Virus record (IMG/VR): IMGVR_UViG_3300045125_000089
Location: 5,499-69,498 of that record
Direction: 5' to 3' (one strand)
DNA from: a virus
DNA: 64,000 bases
Shown here: positions 1-10,928 of the stretch, one piece after another
How positions within the stretch are numbered: position 1 is the stretch's first letter
Layout of the letters: every line of letters begins with the position of its first letter
Notes under the pieces: model-generated
What the model was told of the DNA's origin: nothing
What the model saw: only the letters and a program-made list of their open reading frames with translations
The model's database searches: none
Position numbers and translations under genes: made by a program

Positions 1-316
1 CAAACTGAAGATCCTTTTCGGTAATCTTCATATATACGCTCTTGAGTTGGTCCACAACCGACGATTTGAAATCGGCATTCTCAATCGTATCAACACGAAC
101 TTTGAAAACTTGCATAGTAGGCAAGTCCTTATATTCCGCGTGATATTGAATGATTTCCTTTACAATCCAACGATGTGCCTCATTTTCAAAGGCATCAATC
201 TCTATGATGTCAACAACTCGTTCCAAGAACGATTTGTCCGTAAGGATGCTTGCGATAATCTTGATTTGAAATTCAAGACCATATTTGTGTAGATTGTCTA
301 TGATTACTGGAGCCAT
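1..316 (-). CDS. dnaB: DnaB/T4 gp41-like replicative helicase, N-terminal part (runs off window)
   Basis: Manual translation from ATG at 316: MAPVIIDNLHKYGLEFQIKIIASILTDKSFLERVVDIIEIDAFENEAHRWIVKEIIQYHAEYKDLPT. This resembles the N-terminal domain of large-phage DnaB helicases, and it follows the exonuclease/recA/ssb genes. Confidence 0.75.
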   Translation of the reverse strand, partial: MAPVIIDNLHKYGLEFQIKIIASILTDKSFLERVVDIIEIDAFENEAHRWIVKEIIQYHAEYKDLPTMQVFKVRVDTIENADFKSSVVDQLKSVYMKITEKDLQF

Positions 317-377
317 AAATGATGATGTTTAGAATATTACGACGCATTTGGAGTTTCGTCAATTTGATTTAGAATAT

Positions 378-1445
378 TTATGCGGATTTTGCCATAACGT
401 GCAATGGATAGAAAACTTCCTGCAACCATACATGATAGTTTGATATAGTGGAGTGCATACCGTGTGCAGTAAGTTTCTGAATGAAATGAAACTTGTTATA
501 GTCGTAGATATTCTCTACTGCATCAGATATTTTCATCTGCAAAGAACCTGCAAAGCTTGGGTTCTTTAGTTGCATAAGCATATAGTTTCTATTCAATATC
601 TTAGCGTGTTCAACAATACTTGAATATATCTTCTTTTCGTTGATACAATCCTTGGCACGCAGCAATAGTTCTTCCACTGAAGTTTCCTTGTTTTCTGTAA
701 GCATAGGAAAGCATTTGATTGCCGTCTTTAGTCCTACGCCTTTTACTCCATCAATATTATCAGAAGAGTCACCTTCAAGTATGCGATAATAAATAAAGTT
801 GGTAGGATGCACGCCATATTCATTGATTACATCCTGCACGCCATATATCTTTTTCTTGATAGGACTCCAAATACATACTCTATCATTTACAAGTTGAATA
901 AAATCCTTATCTCCACTCATAATGGTGATTTTAGCGTTTGGATACATCTGTGTAGCAATATAAGCAATGGCATCGTCTGCTTCTATATAATCAATAGAAA
1001 TAACACTAACAGGCAAGCTGCGAAGAAAATCAATCAGTTTTACCATTTGATGCACCATTGCTTCCTGCTCTGTTTGCGGGTCGCTCATTTCTTCATATGC
1101 TCTATTTACACGAACAGATACTTTACGATTGTTCTTGTATTCTGGATATATGTCTCGACGACGTTGGCTACCGCCCTTGCCATCAAACACTACAATTACT
1201 CTGGTGGGATGTAGTAGTTTTATTGCATATCCAAGGCTGGTAAGAAATCCGGTTACACCACCAACGTGATCACCATTTTCACTTAGTGTAGGAACAACGG
1301 TCCAACAGCGAATAAAATTGTTTGTTCCATCCACAACAAGAATATCACTATTCTTTTCTTTCTTTGTATTTACAGGCAAAGATGCGTGCTCAGATTTTAT
1401 CTGAGAAAATATAGATGCAAACTTCTTTTTCGTTTCTTCTTGCAT
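378..1445 (-). CDS. 5'-3' exonuclease / flap endonuclease (PolI N-terminal or T4 RNase H-like)
   Basis: Intact 355-aa ORF with FEN/5'-exonuclease acidic motifs VVDGTNNF, VVFDGKGG, YIEADDAIA, SGDKDFIQL and GDSSDNIDGVKGVG (helix-3-turn-helix). Confidence 0.92.
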   Translation of the reverse strand: MQEETKKKFASIFSQIKSEHASLPVNTKKEKNSDILVVDGTNNFIRCWTVVPTLSENGDHVGGVTGFLTSLGYAIKLLHPTRVIVVFDGKGGSQRRRDIYPEYKNNRKVSVRVNRAYEEMSDPQTEQEAMVHQMVKLIDFLRSLPVSVISIDYIEADDAIAYIATQMYPNAKITIMSGDKDFIQLVNDRVCIWSPIKKKIYGVQDVINEYGVHPTNFIYYRILEGDSSDNIDGVKGVGLKTAIKCFPMLTENKETSVEELLLRAKDCINEKKIYSSIVEHAKILNRNYMLMQLKNPSFAGSLQMKISDAVENIYDYNKFHFIQKLTAHGMHSTISNYHVWLQEVFYPLHVMAKSA

Positions 1446-1492
1446 TTGTGTGAACCATATGAAGATATTTCACTTCATATGGTCATTTTAGT

Positions 1493-2711
1493 TTAGTCGT
1501 CGGACCCTTCAGATGCTTCGTCATACTCCACATCATCGGCAATCTCGGAATTTGGAGCCTTATACTTCATAACAAAATTTTCGCAAAGTTTGTTATATAG
1601 ATAATCTCTGCATTCTGGACGATCTTTTCAGTAACTTGGGCAAGTCCTTCTTTTCAAATACAACTGTTTCGGGTTCTTTACCTTCAACGGGCATAATGAA
1701 TTGCAGGTTCTTTGCCTTTTTGTCTTCTTCTCTTTCTTCTTCCAACTGCTTCTTTGTCTTTTTCTCCCGCAACCTTTACCTTTTTTGCGTTGGTTACAAT
1801 ATCCCATTCAATGAGATGCTCTAACCAGTTGCTGAAGTTGTCGATACCACGGTCGAAGTAGATGTCAAATTCGGCGAGATCGCATAGGCGGACCCATACG
1901 ATTCTTCACCACAGTGCACTTGGTACGAATACCAACCGTCTGCTTGTCTGCATTCTTGATTTGATTCAACTGCTTTAGACGTAGGCGAAGCGAAGCGTGA
2001 AACGCAATGGCTTTGCCGCCGCTGGTTGATCCACGGATCGCCGAGACCAACAAACCCCACCTTCTGACGAAGTTGATTGGTAAAGCACAAGCATACACGC
2101 TGTTTGGCAATAAGTCCGGTAATCTTTCTCATTGCCTTGCTGATTGCAATTGCTTTGCCTGTAGCATAACCATCCGCACCGTGATCGCTTGCCAGTTCCT
2201 TCTTGGTAGAAGCAGCCGCAACAGAGTCAACAAGGATTGTAACCAGACGATTCTTGCTGCTCTTGCGAACAAGAGTGATGATTTCTTCAACTTTATCAAA
2301 TACATCTTCTACTGTATCAACGTTGATGTATAGCATCTTTGGAACGTCTACACCAATCGCTGTTAGAAAATCGGTAGATACGGATGTTTCTGTATCAATA
2401 AACACCGCCAATCCACCCTTTTTCTGTGTTTCAGCAAGCAGATGAGCGCCCATAAGGCTCTTACCAGATGCTTCAAGACCAGTAAGTTCAGTGATTCTAC
2501 CCACAGGCAATCCACCATTGGGGCGGTTTGCAATAGTCAAATCAACCAAACTGTTTCCGGTACTAACCCAGTCAGTAATCTGCGAAGGATCGTCTTCTGC
2601 ATCAAGAAGAAAGCAACTTTACCGTCGCTATTCTTGTTGATGGAGTCGGCCAAAGCCTCCGCCAGTTCATCACGAGAGCCCATCTCGTGTTCAATTGTTT
2701 TTCTTTTTCAT
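1493..2711 (-). CDS. recA: RecA/UvsX-like recombinase (frameshifted in assembly)
   Basis: GGLPVGRITELTGLEASGKS (Walker A), IDTE, ILVDSVAA (Walker B), FTNQLRQK, GGKAIAFHASLRLRL and VVKNRMGPP, spread over ORFs 1821-2549 and 1865-2110. Start and end were stitched manually. Confidence 0.93.
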
Positions 2712-2728
2712 AGTTTATATGTTAGGAC

Positions 2729-2772
2729 GATGAGTGGTGTGCCGGTACTCCATCCGACACACCACCATCATC
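2729..2772. promoter_or_regulatory. Long imperfect hairpin between ssb and recA
   Basis: Minus strand GATGATGGTGGTGTGTCGG-ATGGAGTA-CCGGCACACCACTCATC, about 17 paired positions, with no following U-tract. Confidence 0.5.
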
Positions 2773-2796
2773 ATTTATTCTACTACTCCGTTCAAC

Positions 2797-3621
2797 TTAC
2801 GAGTTGAACAAATCGTTGAATTCGTCGGCAATAGCCTTGGTATTGGCAGGAGCCTTGACCGCAGCCTTAGTTGTAGCACTCTTGGGTGCAACAGGAGCAT
2901 CGGCAGGTTCTGCTTCAGCAGGAGCGGTGGCAGTAACGGTCTCACCATCTTCAGCCGCTTCTTGTGAAGAGTTGAGCCAAGTGTCCATGACCGCAGCAAG
3001 TTCTTCATAGGAGAGTTCAGGAAAAGTTCTGTGACGTTCTTCTGGTTCTTGACTTTTTCCTTGATGGCCGCATCGGCAGGGTCAAACGCAGGCGTCTGGT
3101 TTGGCTTTACACGAATAGTGGTCTCAGGAAAACTCTTGCCGGTTTCTTCGGCGGTCTTAAACTCGACAACAATATCACGTCCTGCTCTCAGGTCAGTAAT
3201 ATCACCATAATCAGCATCGGCAATAATGCTCAAGATTTCCTGATACACCTGCTTGCCCATACCCCAGAACTTTACTCCCTCGTGTTCTGCTCCGCGAACC
3301 AGAACAGGAACATATGTACGCAACTTGGGTTCAAGGGAACGGCCAGTCTTCCATTCTTCCTTGTCTCCGCTCTTCTTGAGTTTGTTGGCAAACTCAACAA
3401 TAGAGATCGGGGCGACCAAACGAAGAAGGAGACAAATATGTCTTGCCGTTCATGTTGTAATGAAAAAGCAGTTCAATGAACGGATTTTCAGGGTTGTGAG
3501 CATAAGGAACGATTCGGATTACGTTCTTGCCCGGTGTTGGCTTCCACACAGCGGTGGTCTTGTTTTGCGTGCTCTTGAGCGAATCAAGACGCGACTTAAT
3601 TTTATTAAGATCTAATGACAT
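2797..3621 (-). CDS. gp32: T4 gp32-like single-stranded DNA-binding protein (frameshifted)
   Basis: MSLDLNKIKSRL..WKPTPGKNVIRIVPY..HY..PIVEF..GVKFWGMGKQVYQEIL..YGDITDL..GRDI, with an acidic/Ala-rich tail ending DEFNDLFNS. Pieced from three ORFs. Confidence 0.85.
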
Positions 3622-3806
3622 AATTATTTATTCGTTAATTGTTAATGTGTTTGACCAATTTGAAATGTACTCAACTCGGTCAATGTTGAATACTATGACT
3701 CAATAAATGGTAATCGTCAATCTATAAGAAGCAGTTAGCTAACTTTTCAATATTTAATTAGTCATTCGTTAAGTTTATATAACTATAAACTATAAAAGAT
3801 TTTTGA

Positions 3807-4205
3807 CTAACTTATACTGTATATCTTCATCAGCCTTGTTGGCGTGACTTTTATTTTGCCTTCTCTAGCGGTAATAAACGAGTTTCTATATTGTTCCCAG
3901 TTTATCTGAAATGTATTTGATACTATACCATTATTCTGTTCTTTGATAAGTTCATTAAGAGCATTGATGCTGTATATAATATTAAACTCTTTTTTGCGAT
4001 GCACAGAAATGGTGTTGGTATAAAACTGACTGCCATTCTTTTCTGCGTTATATGTAAGAAATATTTCATCTTTGTTGGCGGCGTTTTGTAGCACATACAC
4101 TTTCTTTTCAAGAATATTATAGTATTCAGACAATGCGTCTATTTCGTTTTGGAAGGTATTATACTTTGCGAAAGTGCAAAGAAGTTGTGCGTTATTGCCT
4201 GCCAT
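3807..4205 (-). CDS. Conserved hypothetical phage protein
   Basis: MAGNNAQLLCTFAKY..LTYN..TISVHRKK..IYSINALNELIKEQNNGIVSNTFQINWEQYRNS. Likely start ATG at 4205, just after the stop of the upstream gene. Confidence 0.6.
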   Translation of the reverse strand: MAGNNAQLLCTFAKYNTFQNEIDALSEYYNILEKKVYVLQNAANKDEIFLTYNAEKNGSQFYTNTISVHRKKEFNIIYSINALNELIKEQNNGIVSNTFQINWEQYRNSFITAREGKIKVTPTRLMKIYSIS

Positions 4206-4206
4206 A

Positions 4207-5092
4207 CTACACCATACTCTTTTCTGCAAAGATTTTATACTCGTCTCTGTCAACACTCTTGATTGGCACAACTTCACCACTCAATCCAACAACTGCTATT
4301 GTATTGCCTTCAATGTCTCTATATTCACCGTATGGCTCTGCTTTCCATCCTTTTTTATCAGCAAACTTTTTGATATACTTGAATATTGTTCTGGTGGGGT
4401 TGTTACTACCGGCACTTCTACGGCGGGAACTTCTGCTGGTTTTGGTGCTTGCGGTTTTTGCTCGTGGTACTTCCGCTGGAATGACCGACGCTGGTTTGGA
4501 AGAATATCTCGCCTTAGCTGATGCTTTTATTTTTTCTATGTCTTTGTTTGATAAAGGTGTCTCGTCGTCGCTTTCTGGAGGAAGTTCGTCTTTTTGCAGC
4601 AACGGGTTGTTTGGCAGTCGGAACTTGTTGAGCGGGAGCTTTTGCGGACTGTGCAGTAGGAGACGGTGCCGTCTGTGGTTTTTGTGATTGAGGTTGAGGT
4701 TGTGTAGTAATGTTGCCTGTTGCGTTTGACGTTTTTGCTTTCCTTTACGTTTGTAATATAAATTCATTCCACCTTTACCGTGGGTTGGGTCTGATATCGA
4801 GTGTGTACCTTTTTTGATTGCCGCGTCACGGTATTCCTTTGATGGAAATGTAACTAACCATCCATCTTTATTAAATGCCTGTCTATCTGGGTATTTGCCT
4901 TCTTGGGTAATTATTGTTTCCAAAAGCTCTTGGATTCCTTCTTCTTTAGACCTTTTCCTTTTAAAACTTCGTATACTATGTCTATATGTTCTACATTCGT
5001 CAAATCTACAATACCACTCATCGATTCCTTCGTGCAACGACGACTCAAGTAATATGTCGTCTATGAATTTTTGATATGTTTTTCTTATTCAT
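4207..5092 (-). CDS. Hypothetical protein (frameshifted, Pro/Ala-rich linker)
   Basis: ORF 4207-5037 extended to ATG at 5092. Alternate frames give PAQAPAQQVPTAK-like low-complexity stretches. Confidence 0.55.
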
Positions 5093-5102
5093 TATATAAT
5101 CC

Positions 5103-6428
5103 TTATTGTTTCTTAAATTTTATTCCCTTTGAGTATGAATAAAAATACCATCCACTCGATTGACTCAAATCTTCTATATATTCAACCCAAGTTATTTTTG
5201 CGCTCTCTTGTTTACCAACTTTATTAATTATAATAATTCCGGTATAATCAAGTTCTGGTAAAGCTCTTTTCCTACTTGCTCTGGTGTTAAAGTTTCATCA
5301 GAAAACATTTGTAACTTTAGTATTTCTGGTACAATAATTGACTGTTCTCTATTTCCTATTGCCGTGACGTTTATTTCCACGGGCGTTTGTTGTGCCGGTG
5401 GATTTTCTATCGTTTCTTTTGACTTCCTGGTCAGGAATTTCTACAGCCACTTCTACTTCTTTATTTGGTAGTTTAAAATCAGCAACACTTGTTATGGCCT
5501 CTATCTTTCTCTTTGTCCGGCATTTCTTTGAAAAACACTCTGCATTTTATTATGGACTTAAATACATTCACACCAAATGCTTCTTTGTTTGGATTTTCAA
5601 AATACTTTAGTGCATATTCAAACTCTTTTGCATCAAGGGCACTTAGGTATATCGTTTACTTTTCTCAAAAGATTTAATAAAGCTTGTTTATTATCTTTTC
5701 TTCTTTTCACGAAATATTCCAACTCATCCATCGGCTTATGACAATTTTTAAATTATCAAACCCCTTGCCTTCTCCTTTTTTAAAACTATTATCTTCGACT
5801 TTAAATACTCCTCCGACCGATTCTTTATACCGTCAACGGTTCCGCTCGGTAAAACCAAGTCACCGGACTCTCCTCTTCCTGTCTTGCTTGCCGGATATTA
5901 AAAATACAAGAGGATATTCTCCCCGACCAATCGAACTTCTTCCTTTCAGAGGCATCAGAATCTAAAAATCCTATTATATGGTCTTCATTGTATAAGTTTG
6001 GGCGAGAACTGTATAATTGTCCAATATATTCCGCGGCAGCAGAAGGCGTCATTTTATTAAAATTTCGTATAAATTCCAATTCGTCCGAACCCCATTGCTT
6101 TTTACTACTTTTTGAAGTATCCCGCACTTTATGAAACTCAATATTTTTCTATTTTATCTTCTGGTATATTTTTTGCAGTCAACGACGCCTCTGATATATT
6201 GCCTTTAGACCACTTTGTCCTAACACTGTCAGCCGTGTTTTTTTGTTTAGACGGTGTTTTTAATTTTTCCATTACACTTTGGACAACTTCTTGTTCCAAG
6301 CCATATTTTTTAAGTGCGTTTTCAAGCAAATTTATATTATCTTGTACTTCAAATCCATTCATGAATCCATCCTTGGACTCAAGTGCCAATTCACTTAAAA
6401 TTTTTTCTATAATCTTGTTTTTTTCCAT
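5103..6428 (-). CDS. Hypothetical protein (frameshifted)
   Basis: Starts MEKNKIIEKILSELALE at 6428, 4 nt downstream of an ATATTTATA motif. Coding-like fragments continue to a TAA at 5103-5105. Confidence 0.5.
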
Positions 6429-6474
6429 AATATATAAATATTCGTATATATGAGATATACGCATATAATAAATA

Positions 6475-7842
6475 TTATATAAGCACTTGTTTCATATCTC
6501 CATAGTTTTTGCCAACATACACTTTTACAGGAAACTTATCTCGCTCCATTATGCTTTTGATTCTTTTTATAATAGACATTTTGTCTTCTTTATGAGCATC
6601 AAAAAGTATACTATCGTATGTATATAAAATAGGTATGGTTTTTTTGTTGTTTAGATTGTTCATCAGGTCACCCAATACATCAACTGCCATTTCTGTTTCA
6701 AATGCCTGTAGTATATAGTTGAATAGTTTGTTTGGCGTTGGTTCTTGAATATGACAATGTTTGATTTTTCTGCCATATTTTGGCGTCTCTATATATCCAT
6801 TCTCCATAAAGAACTTCCAACGATGGTCAATATACTCTTGTACCTTCTTGAAGTATGGTATATGCAGCCACTTTTATCTATACCACCATATATCTGCTTG
6901 AATGTAAATCCTTTAGCGACGGCAATATCTTCTTCAGTTATATTTGATTTATTGAAATAGTATTTGGAAAGATATGCATATGGGTTCTCGGCGGCGTCCA
7001 TACTAAAGTTGGACAAATGAGCAATCAGACGAGGATGAAAAGCATTATAGTCCATCATTACCAGCATACCATCGTCGCCATATCTACTCACAAAGCAGTT
7101 TCTGCTGCCATCATTCTTGTTTAGAGCAGCATAGTTTACGCCGCCAAATCTATTTGATGGTCTGCCTGGTTGATGTAAGCAGATTATACTGCGAAAATAC
7201 AATGTTGTTTTTGATATGACGATTTTGTTCTTCGCCAAATGCTTCTGTAAAATCATCATTCACACACAATCCATTTGACTCCAACTTGGCAAACAAATCT
7301 GTCATTATGTTGTTGGTAAATGTAAATCCACGTTCATTGGCATCCTGCACAGATATGTTCTTTATCTTGCTCACTGCTTCAACAAACATTCGTGCGTGCT
7401 TGTATATTGGCACACATTTATTGAGATTATACAAGTTCTTGAAGTTATACTCTACAAATCTATGCGAGTTTGTTGACTCAATATCATTTGGCAAGTCGCC
7501 GCTATCAAGAAACCTATATACATTTATATCAATAAAACCATAATCCTCGCCAAGCAACTGAACAATGTTCTTTTTATCAGGCACAATCTTGTTGTGATAT
7601 TTTGCATTACGCAACGCAACCTTGATATTAGTTAGATTGTCCGGCAAGCAGATACATTCGCTATGTTCTATTGGCAAACACCAATAAGTTTCGCTGATAT
7701 AAAAGTAAAAGAAGATAAGCGATATTTTGTTATTGGATACGTGCTTTTGACTATCGGTGCATACAATATCCATATACATATGCTCAGAGTTGAGCATTGA
7801 TATTAGACCATTATAATCGTTGGATGTTTCTACAATATGCAC
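6475..7842 (-). CDS. polA: Short family-A DNA polymerase-like protein (frameshifted)
   Basis: Family-A landmarks in order: TGRPSNRFGGVNYAALNK, MDYNAFHPRLIA (motif A), KGFTFKQIYGG (motif B), NYILQAFETE and YTYDSILFD (motif C), ending GKNYGDM. About 455 aa. Confidence 0.8.
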
Positions 7843-7848
7843 AATTTT

Positions 7849-7876
7849 ATTATGTGCTAGTAGATATGTTTGTCAA
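7849..7876 (-). promoter_or_regulatory. Sigma70-like promoter upstream of the polA-like gene
   Basis: Minus strand TTGACA-16 nt-CATAAT, immediately upstream of the GTG start at 7842. Confidence 0.55.
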
Positions 7877-7882
7877 CTTATT

Positions 7883-8270
7883 TTAACTACCTCGCCAATA
7901 TTCAAGTCGGTTGGCCAGAACAGATGACAAATCCACGCCTTCTTCTTTTCTTATTCTATCTATTTCAAAAGTATTTTGGTCTATTACGCCCGCTTTATCA
8001 AGAACATTGCCTTTGTAAATATTGTTCTTTGGGCCAGTTATTTTCCATCTTACTTGCACAAGTTTATATAAGTTTTATTGATAATCGCTCGGGCTATATA
8101 AGATATTTCGTGTATTACATTTTCATTAACTTTTTTGCAAATACGCGAGTAATAAATCCATTGGTATAATCATCGGCAGATGGCATTGGTTTATATATTG
8201 TAATATTTGTACTACCACCTATCTCTGGAAATATACCATATTGTGAAGATAATGTTTCGTTGTATATCAT
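7883..8270 (-). CDS. Hypothetical baseplate-region protein (frameshifted)
   Basis: MIYNETLSSQYG..YKPMPSADDYTNGFITRVFAKK..VRWKITGP..RLEYWRGS*. Follows the putative hub gene. Confidence 0.5.
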
Positions 8271-10618
8271 AATGTTGTTAATGGTCTCACTTGTGCTACA
8301 ACCGTAGTTGTCCAATTTTTATCTTCTATGTTTTGTTTAACATCTGAAATTTGCCATACTGCATTTTCAAAATTATATGGTTCTGGTGCATGGTCGATTA
8401 AGAACTGAGAAAGATAGTTTATACCGGATATTCCTAATAATTCCAATGTTAGTGTAGTTCCTGGCATTATTGCATTATTTAAATATGGAGATTTTTTTAT
8501 CAGGAAGCTTCAACACATAATTTAAGAAAGTGGTATTTTTTTCATACAAAAAATATCTCAAATTCTTGCCTGGATTATTTTGGTCTTTTTTATAATATAT
8601 AAAAAATGTATCTAAATTTTTGTCGCTGCGTGTTTGTCGTTTTTTGACATTTTCTTCATATCTTCTTCTCAATGTTTCCATTTCTCTGCGTTCACGTTCC
8701 CCAACCGATTGTTCACCTTGCAGTTCTACATTCAAATTTGGATTTTGGTCAGATGCAACGACTGTTTTTATTTCTCCTTTACGATACAATCTATCTCCCG
8801 AAGAATATCTGCTTACGATAGGATTTGCTGCCACATGTTTTTGTTTGTGTAGAACCATCTGGGTCTTGTTCTGGATTTGCACTCTGCATTACCAATTGGT
8901 TCATCATTTCAGAACTCATCTTTACGTCAAAAGATGCTGCCTTAATAAATGCAGAATCTAACGCACCCAACGTAATAACCGACAAATTTCTAGCATCATT
9001 TTTTATTGCTATACCAGGTAAGTTTTCGTCATATACGGAATATGTACTATTACCATACTCGGCGGGTATTAATTTAAGTTGGCAAGTTTGACAAAGTGCT
9101 TGGTTTATTCCTGCAATAGTTCTTCTATTAATTTTAATACCGAGTCGTGTTTCAACACAAGCTTTCTAAAATATTCTTCGTCAATGAACAAATCTCTCAA
9201 AAACCCCCAATATCCAGAATTAAATTTCTGTGCAACATTTCCATCATTGTCAAATATCTGGTCGTCTTCGTATACTGGAAATGATTCTCCGCTTGGATTT
9301 ATAACCTCCTGTAAGTTGTCATATCTTGTAAAATCTAAAGAATATTCTTTCAATGTATTTTCTACGGTTTGTTTAAATAAACGATTATAGGTTTCGTCTT
9401 CTGGTTCATATTCGCGGTTTGCGTCATCCAGTTCTTCATATGCAAATCTTGGTGCATATCTGTTTGGTACAAGTACATCTGTGCTTGCCGACTTCATCAG
9501 AGGATGTCCGCACATTCTTGCGTCCATTATGTCTAACTCACGTATTGTTGCAGTTTGGGTTCCTTCCATCGTTACTCTAAAAATGCATTTATAATATCTT
9601 GTATTAAATCCATTCTTAGCCAAAGTTTTGCTGTTTTATTTTGCGATGGAGTATTTGTTATTCTAAAAACACGTTGGTCAATTATTTCTTTTTCTTCTCC
9701 CAATTGTAATTCTCTTCTGATTTTGACATATTCGTCTTTAGGCGAATCTATATTCATCATGTTTTTTCTGCAAATGAGTAAAAACTTTTCACAGATACAT
9801 AGGTTCCTTCTCGTTTTATTGTAACATCCTTGGTTGCAATCTGCTCTCCTTCTATAAGTTTGTTCGCATTTATTAATGTAGTATGACAATCATAGCCGCC
9901 ATTTTCGTTCATCTTATATCCATAATCTACTATGAATCCAAGACCAGCATCATAGTTTCCCTTGGACTGTTTAATATATTCCAATGTGTAGCCAGGATCA
10001 ACAAACATATTGTTTATCCAGTCCAAATCAGTTAAATCCACTAACGCTGTGCGGTCATAGTTATTCCATCCCCATTCCACCAAGCAAGTTATTCTTGGTG
10101 TTAAAAAATATGGAATCAGATAATTTAATTGTGCCAAAAGAATAACATTTCCAGTTTATTGTAATCTTTCTGCACAAAGTTTGGAAAACTTGAATTTGAG
10201 CCGTTTAGTTCACACGACACCGATTCTACGTTTGGAGGTGGGCGGTGTGGAAAATCTGTTCTTGTTACTTCTCCAGCTCGTCCTACTCGTGGAACAATAT
10301 AATTTTCTTTGTCTATTTGATGCGGGTTTCCTTTGGCGTCTACTCCTATGGTTATTTTTCCATTTTGATTAAACCCCGTAGCTTTCTGCAAATCCGTATG
10401 CTCCGCCAATACAAATCCATCCTTGCCTTCGGCGGCAGATAATTTTGATATTCCGTTTGGAAAAAATCTAGCCCACTGCAGTTCTTGGACCGCTGTATGG
10501 AGACTCTTCCGTTGGATTTGAGGTTTTGTCCATATTCTCTTGCTCGACGTTTCAATTCATCAATTACCCACGGCGATAGTGGATGCAATCCCCACGGTAC
10601 TACAGTTATATTACTCAT
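8267..10618 (-). CDS. Putative baseplate hub protein (gp27/late-control-D-like), frameshifted
   Basis: MSNITVVPWGLHPLSPWVIDEL.., YFLTPRITCLVEWGWNNY..GNYDAGLGFIVDYGYK..GGYDCHTTL, and C-terminal TLTLELLGISGINYLSQFLIDHAPEPY..VWQISDVKQNIEDKNWTTTV. Lies downstream of the LysM/gp53-like and tape measure genes. Confidence 0.6.
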
Positions 10619-10623
10619 AACAA

Positions 10624-10927
10624 TTATATATTATTTTCTCTTCTAAAGCTTAAAATTATGTTGTCTATGTTTTGTGGTATTCTTAATTGCTGTCCCGTTG
10701 GTGCTTTTAGCGTCGCTTTTATACCATTCGCTTGTGCAATAACCCACCACAATGTGCTATCTTTATAAAATTTATATGCCAAGACTGTCAAGATAATCTG
10801 TTTCACTTGCAACGATGTATATATCATTCAACGCCACCGGTATTTTTGGATATCGTGTTGTTCTAAACACTCGCTTGCCATCATAGCGTTTAAAAACATT
10901 AATTTCATTTTGAACATATCTATTCAT
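10624..10927 (-). CDS. Baseplate wedge / LysM-like (gp53-like) protein
   Basis: Stitched: MNRYVQNE..RYPKIPVALNDIY..DYLDSLAYKFYKDSTLWWVIAQANGIKATLKAPTGQQLRIP. This is the typical D.LA..FY....LWW.IA.AN..G..LRIP signature. Confidence 0.75.
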
Positions 10928-10928
10928 A

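Noticed and set aside
5040-5092. Apparent match of this N-terminus to the T4 capsid-targeting sequence (MNKKTYQKFI)
   Set aside because: It depends on where an indel is placed. An alternative correction (MNKKNISKIIDDILLE) resembles the upstream paralog-like start better.
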